NCBI GenBank assembly: GCA_030704615.1
Contig: CM060732.1
Span: forward strand, 58,528,001 to 58,592,000
Reading direction: 5' to 3'
From: Takakia lepidozioides
Taxonomy: Eukaryota > Plantae > Bryophyta
Length of the DNA stretch: 64,000 nt
This document shows positions 12,815 to 24,119 of the stretch, in pieces. Under the pieces are notes generated by a model. That model saw only the letters and a program-made list of their open reading frames with translations, was not told the origin of the DNA and made no database searches. Made by a program: the position numbers and the translations under genes. How positions within the stretch are numbered: position 1 is the first letter of the stretch; every line of letters begins with the position of its first letter.

Positions 12815-12826
12815 TGGTATCAGAGC
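12815..12826 (+). other. Primer binding site for initiator tRNA-Met (also at 18429-18440 and 24042-24053)
   Basis: TGGTATCAGAGC, the canonical plant tRNAi-Met PBS. Confidence 0.92.
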
Positions 12827-12892
12827 AGGCCGGTCTTTGATCCGGGAAATGTAGGATTTAGTGTAGCAAGATAGGAGAGTGATTTGCGAGCA

Positions 12893-15800
12893 ATGGTGAC
12901 TAACATTCCATTTTACGGAAAGAAGGATGAGGATGTTTGCAGCTGGATCCAGAATCTGAAAAGGGATGGTGAGAGGAGGAGCTTTGACGAGCACAAGTTA
13001 TTTATATCGGCAAGGCTGAATCTCAAGGCACGGGCTGACACTTGGCATCGAATGCAAAAACCAAGGTCCATGAACTGGCATGATTTTCAAGTAGCCATAA
13101 TCTTGAAATTTGGAGGAGAAGATCAATCAAGTAAGAATGAAGTGATGTTAGCAAGGAAGTTTGATGAGATAGATACCAATGTGGAAGAGTCTGTTACAGG
13201 GATGGAAGAGAAATTATCTCTGATTGAGAAGGATAAGCACAACAGGTTCACACCTGTGAGTTCTATTGATCATAAACCTATACCAGATCACAAAACAATG
13301 TCACGGAGGTGCTTTAGGGAGAAGAACCACACCAGTGAAGTCCCTGCAATGCTTCCTCGAGTTCTCAACTTGAACAAAACAAGGCAGCAAGTAGAGTGTT
13401 GCACTGCATGTCCATCAAGACAGAATCAGATCCGAAGTGAAAAGAATCACCGGCTGGGGCTGCAAATGGGAGCATGTGGAATGCAAGATTCAGGCTGTGA
13501 AATGTTGGAACAATGGGAGTCGAAGAGCAGCAGAAGGATGGAATTCGAATGTGTAAGCTCTCTTGGCACAAACGTTGTGAATGTGTTTTGTGATGTGGAA
13601 GAAGAGATCTTGGAAGATATCTTTTGTTCAACAGAGAGTCAATCAGGTGTCAATGAAGAGAGTGCACCCATGTTGCAAGTTCCTGTGCAGATCCTAAGGT
13701 CTTCTACAAAGGCACATGTAGATCAAGACATGCTTGGGGAGTATGGGCATAGTGTTGCCAACTCACCAAGGATTAGTGGTACAACCTGTGAAGTGAGTGT
13801 CTTGAGAGACGAAGATGACAAGGAATCTTGGGCAGATCTGATGGGATGGGTAGAGGAAGAGTGTACATTGCTCGCTCAAACGAGAAAGGGTCTGGATCAA
13901 GATGCACCTCTGGAATCAGACATAAAGGATGCACAGTTGGAGATAGAGCAAGACATGCGGAAAAAATGTGGAACCAAGCAAGAGTTAGAAGCAAGGGATG
14001 ATTGTCTTGATCATGATACCGCCACCACACCAATATACAGAAATCTTGATGTCATCAACGACAACGTGCAAGGGTTGTGTGGTCAAAATTTATTGAGTGA
14101 AGAAGAGTTCAGAAGTAGGAAGTTTCAGTTGGACGACCAATGCTATGTAGATGGGCAGGTCACTGCCTTTTGTTCATCCAAGAAGGGTCATATGGAGTGT
14201 AAAGAAAGACACACATGTGGACACCAATTGGGAATGGGAGGAGTGAGATGTGCGCAATGCAAGACAAAGGAGGACAATGAACCTGAATACAAAAGGAGTT
14301 CGGAACACTCAAGTAAAGGAGGACATACGACCAATATAGCACATGAGAAGGATGACAAGGAAGATGGTATGTCTAAGTGGATGTTGGTTGAGTGCACAAG
14401 AGACATCAGCTTGCATGACAACTTGGGATCAGATGTGAGTCCGCTGAAATCACCAGTTCGTGCCAAAAGCCAGAGTGTCTCTCCAGCCCTTGAAACTGTA
14501 GATGTTGATACAAGGAAACTTGAATTCCCACCCACAAAACAAAGGATGGGAGATTTGAGTACCGTTCACAAGAAAGATTTGAAATCTTCTCACGGTTCAA
14601 CACTCTTGTTGTGGAAAATGGGGAAACTAGCAGCAAAGTTTGACTCTCTTAGAGAGATGCATCTTGGGATGGAGAGGATGCATAGGGATCAGAAAGAGAA
14701 GGTTGGCCTTTCTGCTGAGAAGACCCTGGTTGACCTGATAACGTTCAGAGGTCAGCCAATGAACTATGCCCAACAAAGGGTATGGGATCCGGGTACACGA
14801 GGACATCTGAGAATGCTCAGTGCAAGCTCAAGCATTAAAGTGAAGGAGCTGCATGTCTTGTATGGGAGGCAGCTCATGGCAGATGCTGGAGATAAAGGAG
14901 AGAAGCCCAAACAGGTGACGTTCCTGTGTGTGTTGAATGCATGTGCGAACCTGGCAGACCGGGTAAAAGGCGAAGAGGTCCATGGTGACAGTATCAAATC
15001 TGGTATTGCACCAGATATCATTATGGAGACTGCCATTGTTGACAGGTATGCCAAACGTGGGAGCATGAATGCACAACATGTGTGTGACAATATGTCTCAC
15101 AGAAAAGTGGGGCCATGGAGAGTAATGATTGCAGGTTATGCCCAGCATGGCTCTGAAGCACAGACCCTGCAACTGTTTGAACAAATGGAGCAGGAAGGTA
15201 TGCCACCCAATCTGCTCTCATGGAGTGCAATGATTTCAGGATATGCCCAGCATGGTTGTGAAATTCAGGCTCAGGAGATGGATGGGCAGTTGATGTGGGA
15301 GGCTATGAAGCCTACCCATGTCACGATCACTTCTACTTGCAAGGCATACACCAGCCCTGAATCTCTTAAAGAGGGCAGGCTGGTTGAAAGGGAAGAAGGA
15401 AGGCATGGTAACCAAAGGGTTGCCCATGACTTGCCACCAACAATGCAAATGAAATTGCAGCCTGCTGTTGAGGACAACCTGCATGCAGGAAATGAGGCAG
15501 TACGAAAGGTGCAAGTGTCGATGGGAGCACAAGTGGTAGCTGAGATTCAAAACAAGGAGCCAGGGAGCAACATCAAAATTGGGAAACGCTGGTTTGTATG
15601 GGAAGGAGATCAGGACCTGCCTGGCATGAACTACAAGAAGAGGAAGAAGGCATTGTCACAAATTGGACTTGCTCTGGCCGGCGGAACAAATGGACAGCCG
15701 GGACACTGTCACTTAAATAAGAGAGGCTGGACGACGATGCAAGCTCAGGGATGGAGCACGAAAACTGTGGCCAGGGAAGAAGGCCATGAAATTGGCATGA

Positions 15801-16168
15801 TGAGTTGCATGGAAACCAGGTGGTGGTGTCAGTTTGAGAACAACCCTGCTCGCACCAGCCAGACAGAAGTGGCCATGAAGATTATGAGCAGAGAGGGGTT
15901 TCCCTTTGCTGAAGGCCAAGGCATGACAATCAAAAACAATATTATGAACGGACCTCTCCAAGATATCTGGAGCAGAAACAGAAGGGGAATTAACACAATG
16001 TACCTGTTGGGAGTACCTTATGATCCTGGAAGGGAAGCTGCACGCAAATGCAGGCTAAGAGATGGGGCAAACAAGGAATGGGTAAGAAGTAGGCGAGATT
16101 TGAAACCATTCATACCACCAGTGGGTGGTCAGCCAGTGAAGGTGGTCAGTGAGGACCCTGACACTTAA
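12893..16168 (+). CDS. Gag-like / PLS-PPR chimeric ORF, copy 1 (1091 aa from first ATG)
   Basis: N-terminus FYGKKDEDVCSWI..ARLNLKARADTW..NWHDFQVAIILKF is retrotransposon-gag-like; ~14850-15385 holds PPR motifs VTFLCVLNACANL, TAIVDRYAKRGS, WRVMIAGYAQHG, SWSAMISGYAQHG; no PR/RT/INT. Confidence 0.8.
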   Translation: MVTNIPFYGKKDEDVCSWIQNLKRDGERRSFDEHKLFISARLNLKARADTWHRMQKPRSMNWHDFQVAIILKFGGEDQSSKNEVMLARKFDEIDTNVEESVTGMEEKLSLIEKDKHNRFTPVSSIDHKPIPDHKTMSRRCFREKNHTSEVPAMLPRVLNLNKTRQQVECCTACPSRQNQIRSEKNHRLGLQMGACGMQDSGCEMLEQWESKSSRRMEFECVSSLGTNVVNVFCDVEEEILEDIFCSTESQSGVNEESAPMLQVPVQILRSSTKAHVDQDMLGEYGHSVANSPRISGTTCEVSVLRDEDDKESWADLMGWVEEECTLLAQTRKGLDQDAPLESDIKDAQLEIEQDMRKKCGTKQELEARDDCLDHDTATTPIYRNLDVINDNVQGLCGQNLLSEEEFRSRKFQLDDQCYVDGQVTAFCSSKKGHMECKERHTCGHQLGMGGVRCAQCKTKEDNEPEYKRSSEHSSKGGHTTNIAHEKDDKEDGMSKWMLVECTRDISLHDNLGSDVSPLKSPVRAKSQSVSPALETVDVDTRKLEFPPTKQRMGDLSTVHKKDLKSSHGSTLLLWKMGKLAAKFDSLREMHLGMERMHRDQKEKVGLSAEKTLVDLITFRGQPMNYAQQRVWDPGTRGHLRMLSASSSIKVKELHVLYGRQLMADAGDKGEKPKQVTFLCVLNACANLADRVKGEEVHGDSIKSGIAPDIIMETAIVDRYAKRGSMNAQHVCDNMSHRKVGPWRVMIAGYAQHGSEAQTLQLFEQMEQEGMPPNLLSWSAMISGYAQHGCEIQAQEMDGQLMWEAMKPTHVTITSTCKAYTSPESLKEGRLVEREEGRHGNQRVAHDLPPTMQMKLQPAVEDNLHAGNEAVRKVQVSMGAQVVAEIQNKEPGSNIKIGKRWFVWEGDQDLPGMNYKKRKKALSQIGLALAGGTNGQPGHCHLNKRGWTTMQAQGWSTKTVAREEGHEIGMMSCMETRWWCQFENNPARTSQTEVAMKIMSREGFPFAEGQGMTIKNNIMNGPLQDIWSRNRRGINTMYLLGVPYDPGREAARKCRLRDGANKEWVRSRRDLKPFIPPVGGQPVKVVSEDPDT

Positions 16169-16197
16169 AAAGGGAGACACACTACATATGTAGTGTG
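16167..16197 (+). other. PPT (AAAAAGGGAGA) followed by a perfect 20-bp palindrome (16178-16197); repeated at 21792-21811 and 27405-27424
   Basis: CACACTACATATGTAGTGTG is self-complementary; its right arm is the LTR 5' end and its left arm equals the array's 3' terminus. Confidence 0.9.
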
Positions 16198-17852
16198 AAT
16201 GCAGGGGAGTGACATTACATTTTGGCTTCACCGTTAAGACCCTGCATCACTATAATGGGAGGGCCCTCATACCAACTGCAAGAGGGATATATCCCTCCAT
16301 ACAGGTAATTTTGTGGGCATACTGTACTCATGCGTTGCCAAAATAAAAATGGCTAAGTCGTGACCATGCATTTTTCATCCATGCGATGAACGTTTTCGTC
16401 ATTGATGCTCAACCTAAAATCCGCGAGGAAGAAAAAACGAAGAGGAAGGTGACGGGCGATTCGTAGCAGCTGCCGCGAGCTGTGGTGTTGACAGGGCAGT
16501 CTGTGTTGAGAGGTTGTACCTGCGCTGTGGGACTTCGCTTGGTTTAGAGGGCAGCATTAAGTGCCTCTGCTTGGTATTCTGTGTAAAGGGAAGCGGTGCC
16601 GTCTTTCTCGTTGTGATGATCAATTCATGGAGATAGGAGCATGTAAGGAGAGCGGCGCACCACCGCTGCCGCCACTGTCTTGAAGATGACAGTTATGGGC
16701 AGATGAGCAAGCAAGGAGAACGGCCACCTGCCAGAAGCACAAGGAAGAGAATCTGAGCACAATCAATGGAGGTGATAAGGCATGTGGAGTGCTGGCTGGA
16801 TGGCAACACAGGTTATCTGTAATCAGGCTTCTAGCTGCCTTTTTGTCTTCTTGCTATAGGTCCATTTCAGTTCTTAAAGAGCTACATGCATAGAAGAATA
16901 GAGCAATTTAGTTGGCAAACCACAGGATGCTCCATAGGATGATGAGGAGACATCATGGCATGATAAACTCTGGAATCAAGACAAGGAGAAAAGGTTGTGG
17001 TGGCTGCTGACAGGCGATGGTGAGGTGCCATCTCGGCAGGCTGACCCACCGCTTCACTGGAGGATAAAAACAGATAAGTTGGTAGACTGTGGGCTTCTTC
17101 TTTGGGGTGGACTTAGAAATCGCTTTTGGTAGATTTAGGACTGCCCTGGTTGTTGAAAGGAAAGGGTGGAGACATGTGATAGAGGAAAGGTTTTTGGAAA
17201 TGGAATGGAGACTCTGGACTTCAAACCAGAACATGGAAGGAATGGATACACCTGCCGTCGTAGTGTCAGTAAGAAAAATGAGTGAAGAGAGAGAGAGAGA
17301 GACTGTTGTCACAGAAAACAGAATGGTCACTGTTGTCTTCATTCTTGTTCTTGTTTCAGTGTTGTAAACCTGCACACAATGCTGCGGGGGGGGGTAGTGA
17401 TACACTGGACCCAATGTAGATATAGCTTGTTTGCTTGGACAGATAACTGAGGGTTAGCTGGAACTGTATGAAAACACAAAAGGGATAAGGTGTGATTTCA
17501 GCATTGTATCAGGATATGAACGACTTAAGCCCTTTTGTTGAAAGGAAAGAGAGATGTTGGGTATTCAGGTTGAATCTGAAGAAGGGATGAGAGCTGTTTT
17601 GGGAAATGGGATCTTTTAAAAGAAAGGGGTAGTGTGAAGGGTTGAGTATTGACGGAGAGAAGAGAGAGAGAGAGAGATAGAGAGACTGATGAAAGGGATG
17701 GTTTTGCCTTGTGAGACCAAGGATGACTTCATGGCTGGCTGCACTGGATGCCTGGCGGAGTGTGCATTTGCATTACGTGATAGATGGGCTGTATGTGAAG
17801 AAGTAAGGAGCCTGTAGACATAGACAGAGATAGAGAAACAGACGAGAAAAGG

Positions 17853-17897
<45 letters not shown>

Positions 17898-18428
17898 GCT
17901 GCTCAGCAAAAAGGGTTGATGGGGGGATGGCCAACTTGGGGAGATTGAGATGAAGAAAGCATGAATCCTGAAGGAAAACCAGTGCCCCTGCAGTTTATGA
18001 AGATCTGAGCTGTCTCCCTCTAAATCTGTGTCACCATTACAAAAAGGGATTTCCGACATGTCACTGCTCAAGGGGGTTCACATTAAGGGTCGTATTCACC
18101 GCTGCCATTGGGCTGCTTGCATCACATAAAAGATCACGCCAACACTGTTGGCGCAGTGAGCATAGGGCCAGGCTGTTGCATAGAAGTAGAACCGAGGGCA
18201 AGAACAAACCAAAGACTCCCATCCATGTCTTCTCTTCCGCTGCGGCGTGGATGAGGATTCCGCAAACTCTGATCACGAACGAACCTGAAGGAAAAACCCA
18301 TATAGCCTCATGACGATGGTTGGACAGAAAAGAGAACGCTCCTTTCCTTTGCCCTGATACTTCAACAGGGACGAGTAGGAGGAGTACAGATTTAGGATTA
18401 ACCAGAAGGGGATTCACGCCCCTTCTTT
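16189..18428 (+). repeat. LTR 2
   Basis: Copy of LTR 1, followed by PBS. Confidence 0.9.
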
Positions 18429-18506
18429 TGGTATCAGAGCAGGCCGGTCTTTGATCCGGGAAATGTAGGATTTAGTGTAGCAAGATAGGAGAGTGATTTG
18501 CGAGCA

Positions 18507-21500
18507 ATGGTGACTAACATTCCATTTTACGGAAAGAAGGATGAGGATGTTTGCAGCTGGATCCAGAATCTGAAAAGGGATGGTGAGAGGAGGAGCTTTG
18601 ACGAGCACAAGTTATTTATATCGGCAAGGCTGAATCTCAAGGCACGGGCTGACACTTGGCATCGAATGCAAAAACCAAGGTCCATGAACTGGCATGATTT
18701 TCAAGTAGCCATAATCTTGAAATTTGGAGGAGAAGATCAATCAAGTAAGAATGAAGTGATGTTAGCAAGGAAGTTTGATGAGATAGATACCAATGTGGAA
18801 GAGTCTGTTACAGGGATGGAAGAGAAATTATCTCTGATTGAGAAGGATAAGCACAACAGGTTCACACCTGTGAGTTCTATTGATCATAAACCTATACCAG
18901 ATCACAAAACAATGTCACGGAGGTGCTTTAGGGAGAAGAACCACACCAGTGAAGTCCCTGCAATGCTTCCTCGAGTTCTCAACTTGAACAAAACAAGGCA
19001 GCAAGTAGAGTGTTGCACTGCATGTCCATCAAGACAGAATCAGATCCGAAGTGAAAAGAATCACCGGCTGGGGCTGCAAATGGGAGCATGTGGAATGCAA
19101 GATTCAGGCTGTGAAATGTTGGAACAATGGGAGTCGAAGAGCAGCAGAAGGATGGAATTCGAATGTGTAAGCTCTCTTGGCACAAACGTTGTGAATGTGT
19201 TTTGTGATGTGGAAGAAGAGATCTTGGAAGATATCTTTTGTTCAACAGAGAGTCAATCAGGTGTCAATGAAGAGAGTGCACCCAGGTTGCAAGTTCCTGT
19301 GCAGATCCTAAGGTCTTCTACAAAGGCACATGTAGATCAAGACATGCTTGGGGAGTATGGGCATAGTGTTGCCAACTCACCAAGGATTAGTGGTACAACC
19401 TGTGAAGTGAGTGTCTTGAGAGACGAAGATGACAAGGAATCTTGGGCAGATCTGATGGGATGGGTAGAGGAAGAGTGTACATTGCTCGCTCAAACGAGAA
19501 AGGGTCTGGATCAAGATGCACCTCTGGAATCAGACATAAAGGATGCACAGTTGGAGATAGAGCAAGACATGCGGAAAAAATGTGGAACCAAGCAAGAGTT
19601 AGAAGCAAGGGATGATTGTCTTGATCATGATACCGCCACCACACCAATATACAGAAATCTTGATGTCATCAACGACAACGTGCAAGGGTTGTGTGGTCAA
19701 AATTTATTGAGTGAAGAAGAGTTCAGAAGTAGGAAGTTTCAGTTGGACGACCAATGCTATGTAGATGGGCAGGTCACTGCCTTTTGTTCATCCAAGAAGG
19801 GTCATATGGAGTGTAAAGAAAGACACACATGTGGACACCAATTGGGAATGGGAGGAGTGAGATGTGCGCAATGCAAGACAAAGGAGGACAATGAACCTGA
19901 ATACAAAAGGAGTTCGGAACACTCAAGTAAAGGAGGACATACGACCAATATAGCACATGAGAAGGATGACAAGGAAGATGGTATGTCTAAGTGGATGTTG
20001 GTTGAGTGCACAAGAGACATCAGCTTGCATGACAACTTGGGATCAGATGTGAGTCCGCTGAAATCACCAGTTCGTGCCAAAAGCCAGAGTGTCTCTCCAG
20101 CCCTTGAAACTGTAGATGTTGATACAAGGAAACTTGAATTCCCACCCACAAAACAAAGGATGGGAGATTTGAGTACCGTTCACAAGAAAGATTTGAAATC
20201 TTCTCACGGTTCAACACTCTTGTTGTGGAAAATGGGGAAACTAGCAGCAAAGTTTGACTCTCTTAGAGAGATGCATCTTGGGATGGAGAGGATGCATAGG
20301 GATCAGAAAGAGAAGGTTGGCCTTTCTGCTGAGAAGACCCTGGTTGACCTGATAACGTTCAGAGGTCAGCCAATGAACTATGCCCAACAAAGGGTATGGG
20401 ATCCGGGTACACGAGGACATCTGAGAATGCTCAGTGCAAGCTCAAGCATTAAAGTGAAGGAGCTGCATGTCTTGTATGGGAGGCAGCTCATGGCAGATGC
20501 TGGAGATAAAGGAGAGAAGCCCAAACAGGTGACGTTCCTGTGTGTGTTGAATGCATGTGCGAACCTGGCAGACCGGGTAAAAGGCGAAGAGGTCCATGGT
20601 GACAGTATCAAATCTGGTATTGCACCAGATATCATTATGGAGACTGCCATTGTTGACAGGTATGCCAAACGTGGGAGCATGAATGCACAACATGTGTGTG
20701 ACAATATGTCTCACAGAAAAGTGGGGCCATGGAGAGTAATGATTGCAGGTTATGCCCAGCATGGCTCTGAAGCACAGACCCTGCAACTGTTTGAACAAAT
20801 GGAGCAGGAAGGTATGCCACCCAATCTGCTCTCATGGAGTGCAATGATTTCAGGATATGCCCAGCATGGTTGTGAAATTCAGGCTCAGGAGATGGATGGG
20901 CAGTTGATGTGGGAGGCTATGAAGCCTACCCATGTCACGATCACTTCTACTTGCAAGGCATACACCAGCCCTGAATCTCTTAAAGAGGGCAGGCTGGTTG
21001 AAAGGGAAGAAGGAAGGCATGGTAACCAAAGGGTTGCCCATGACTTGCCACCAACAATGCAAATGAAATTGCAGCCTGCTGTTGAGGACAACCTGCATGC
21101 AGGAAATGAGGCAGTACGAAAGGTGCAAGTGTCGATGGGAGCACAAGTGGTAGCTGAGATTCAAAACAAGGAGCCAGGGAGCAACATCAAAATTGGGAAA
21201 CGCTGGTTTGTATGGGAAGGAGATCAGGACCTGCCTGGCATGAACTACAAGAAGAGGAAGAAGGCATTGTCACAAATTGGACTTGCTCTGGCCGGCGGAA
21301 CAAATGGACAGCCGGGACACTGTCACTTAAATAAGAGAGGCTGGACGACGATGCAAGCTCAGGGATGGAGCACGAAAACTGTGGCCAGGGAAGAAGGCCA
21401 TGAAATTGGCATGATGAGTTGCATGGAAACCAGGTGGTGGTGTCAGTTTGAGAACAACCCTGCTCGCACCAGCCAGACAGAAGTGGCCATGAAGATTATG

Positions 21501-21782
21501 AGCAGAGAGGGGTTTCCCTTTGCTGAAGGCCAAGGCATGACAATCAAAAACAATATTATGAACGGACCTCTCCAAGATATCTGGAGCAGAAACAGAAGGG
21601 GAATTAACACAATGTACCTGTTGGGAGTACCTTATGATCCTGGAAGGGAAGCTGCACGCAAATGCAGGCTAAGAGATGGGGCAAACAAGGAATGGGTAAG
21701 AAGTAGGCGAGATTTGAAACCATTCATACCACCAGTGGGTGGTCAGCCAGTGAAGGTGGTCAGTGAGGACCCTGACACTTAA
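18507..21782 (+). CDS. Gag-like / PLS-PPR chimeric ORF, copy 2
   Basis: Translation identical to copy 1 except one M>R change. Confidence 0.8.
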   Translation: MVTNIPFYGKKDEDVCSWIQNLKRDGERRSFDEHKLFISARLNLKARADTWHRMQKPRSMNWHDFQVAIILKFGGEDQSSKNEVMLARKFDEIDTNVEESVTGMEEKLSLIEKDKHNRFTPVSSIDHKPIPDHKTMSRRCFREKNHTSEVPAMLPRVLNLNKTRQQVECCTACPSRQNQIRSEKNHRLGLQMGACGMQDSGCEMLEQWESKSSRRMEFECVSSLGTNVVNVFCDVEEEILEDIFCSTESQSGVNEESAPRLQVPVQILRSSTKAHVDQDMLGEYGHSVANSPRISGTTCEVSVLRDEDDKESWADLMGWVEEECTLLAQTRKGLDQDAPLESDIKDAQLEIEQDMRKKCGTKQELEARDDCLDHDTATTPIYRNLDVINDNVQGLCGQNLLSEEEFRSRKFQLDDQCYVDGQVTAFCSSKKGHMECKERHTCGHQLGMGGVRCAQCKTKEDNEPEYKRSSEHSSKGGHTTNIAHEKDDKEDGMSKWMLVECTRDISLHDNLGSDVSPLKSPVRAKSQSVSPALETVDVDTRKLEFPPTKQRMGDLSTVHKKDLKSSHGSTLLLWKMGKLAAKFDSLREMHLGMERMHRDQKEKVGLSAEKTLVDLITFRGQPMNYAQQRVWDPGTRGHLRMLSASSSIKVKELHVLYGRQLMADAGDKGEKPKQVTFLCVLNACANLADRVKGEEVHGDSIKSGIAPDIIMETAIVDRYAKRGSMNAQHVCDNMSHRKVGPWRVMIAGYAQHGSEAQTLQLFEQMEQEGMPPNLLSWSAMISGYAQHGCEIQAQEMDGQLMWEAMKPTHVTITSTCKAYTSPESLKEGRLVEREEGRHGNQRVAHDLPPTMQMKLQPAVEDNLHAGNEAVRKVQVSMGAQVVAEIQNKEPGSNIKIGKRWFVWEGDQDLPGMNYKKRKKALSQIGLALAGGTNGQPGHCHLNKRGWTTMQAQGWSTKTVAREEGHEIGMMSCMETRWWCQFENNPARTSQTEVAMKIMSREGFPFAEGQGMTIKNNIMNGPLQDIWSRNRRGINTMYLLGVPYDPGREAARKCRLRDGANKEWVRSRRDLKPFIPPVGGQPVKVVSEDPDT

Positions 21783-21802
21783 AAAGGGAGACACACTACA
21801 TA

Positions 21803-23472
21803 TGTAGTGTGAATGCAGGGGAGTGACATTACATTTTGGCTTCACCGTTAAGACCCTGCATCACTATAATGGGAGGGCCCTCATACCAACTGCAAGAGGG
21901 ATATATCCCTCCATACAGGTAATTTTGTGGGCATACTGTACTCATGCGTTGCCAAAATAAAAATGGCTAAGTCGTGACCATGCATTTTTCATCCATGCGA
22001 TGAACGTTTTCGTCATTGATGCTCAACCTAAAATCCGCGAGGAAGAAAAAACGAAGAGGAAGGTGACGGGCGATTCGTAGCAGCTGCCGCGAGCTGTGGT
22101 GTTGACAGGGCAGTCTGTGTTGAGAGGTTGTACCTGCGCTGTGGGACTTCGCTTGGTTTAGAGGGCAGCATTAAGTGCCTCTGCTTGGTATTCTGTGTAA
22201 AGGGAAGCGGTGCCGTCTTTCTCGTTGTGATGATCAATTCATGGAGATAGGAGCATGTAAGGAGAGCGGCGCACCACCGCTGCCGCCACTGTCTTGAAGA
22301 TGACAGTTATGGGCAGATGAGCAAGCAAGGAGAACGGCCACCTGCCAGAAGCACAAGGAAGAGAATCTGAGCACAATCAATGGAGGTGATAAGGCATGTG
22401 GAGTGCTGGCTGGATGGCAACACAGGTTATCTGTAATCAGGCTTCTAGCTGCCTTTTTGTCTTCTTGCTATAGGTCCATTTCAGTTCTTAAAGAGCTACA
22501 TGCATAGAAGAATAGAGCAATTTAGTTGGCAAACCACAGGATGCTCCATAGGATGATGAGGAGACATCATGGCATGATAAACTCTGGAATCAAGACAAGG
22601 AGAAAAGGTTGTGGTGGCTGCTGACAGGCGATGGTGAGGTGCCATCTCGGCAGGCTGACCCACCGCTTCACTGGAGGATAAAAACAGATAAGTTGGTAGA
22701 CTGTGGGCTTCTTCTTTGGGGTGGACTTAGAAATCGCTTTTGGTAGATTTAGGACTGCCCTGGTTGTTGAAAGGAAAGGGTGGAGACATGTGATAGAGGA
22801 AAGGTTTTTGGAAATGGAATGGAGACTCTGGACTTCAAACCAGAACATGGAAGGAATGGATACACCTGCCGTCGTAGTGTCAGTAAGAAAAATGAGTGAA
22901 GAGAGAGAGAGAGAGACTGTTGTCACAGAAAACAGAATGGTCACTGTTGTCTTCATTCTTGTTCTTGTTTCAGTGTTGTAAACCTGCACACAATGCTGCG
23001 GGGGGGGGGTAGTGATACACTGGACCCAATGTAGATATAGCTTGTTTGCTTGGACAGATAACTGAGGGTTAGCTGGAACTGTATGAAAACACAAAAGGGA
23101 TAAGGTGTGATTTCAGCATTGTATCAGGATATGAACGACTTAAGCCCTTTTGTTGAAAGGAAAGAGAGATGTTGGGTATTCAGGTTGAATCTGAAGAAGG
23201 GATGAGAGCTGTTTTGGGAAATGGGATCTTTTAAAAGAAAGGGGTAGTGTGAAGGGTTGAGTATTGACGGAGAGAAGAGAGAGAGAGAGAGATAGAGAGA
23301 CTGATGAAAGGGATGGTTTTGCCTTGTGAGACCAAGGATGACTTCATGGCTGGCTGCACTGGATGCCTGGCGGAGTGTGCATTTGCATTACGTGATAGAT
23401 GGGCTGTATGTGAAGAAGTAAGGAGCCTGTAGACATAGACAGAGATAGAGAAACAGACGAGAAAAGGAAAAA

Positions 23473-23510
<38 letters not shown>

Positions 23511-24041
23511 GCTGCTCAGCAAAAAGGGTTGATGGGGGGATGGCCAACTTGGGGAGATTGAGATGAAGAAAGCATGAATCCTGAAGGAAAACCAGTGCCC
23601 CTGCAGTTTATGAAGATCTGAGCTGTCTCCCTCTAAATCTGTGTCACCATTACAAAAAGGGATTTCCGACATGTCACTGCTCAAGGGGGTTCACATTAAG
23701 GGTCGTATTCACCGCTGCCATTGGGCTGCTTGCATCACATAAAAGATCACGCCAACACTGTTGGCGCAGTGAGCATAGGGCCAGGCTGTTGCATAGAAGT
23801 AGAACCGAGGGCAAGAACAAACCAAAGACTCCCATCCATGTCTTCTCTTCCGCTGCGGCGTGGATGAGGATTCCGCAAACTCTGATCACGAACGAACCTG
23901 AAGGAAAAACCCATATAGCCTCATGACGATGGTTGGACAGAAAAGAGAACGCTCCTTTCCTTTGCCCTGATACTTCAACAGGGACGAGTAGGAGGAGTAC
24001 AGATTTAGGATTAACCAGAAGGGGATTCACGCCCCTTCTTT
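21803..24041 (+). repeat. LTR 3
   Basis: Copy of LTR 1, followed by PBS. Confidence 0.9.
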
Positions 24042-24119
24042 TGGTATCAGAGCAGGCCGGTCTTTGATCCGGGAAATGTAGGATTTAGTGTAGCAAGATA
24101 GGAGAGTGATTTGCGAGCA

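Noticed and set aside
12790-12815. Hairpin plus T-run as a rho-independent terminator
   Set aside because: The context is a eukaryotic LTR, and the last T belongs to the tRNA PBS.
16180-16195. Palindrome core CACTACA-TA-TGTAGTG as a collapsed CACTA element or footprint
   Set aside because: There is no 3-bp TSD (flanks ACA/TGA), and the same arms form the TG..CA outer ends of the array with a 4-bp TSD, so they are retroelement att sequences.
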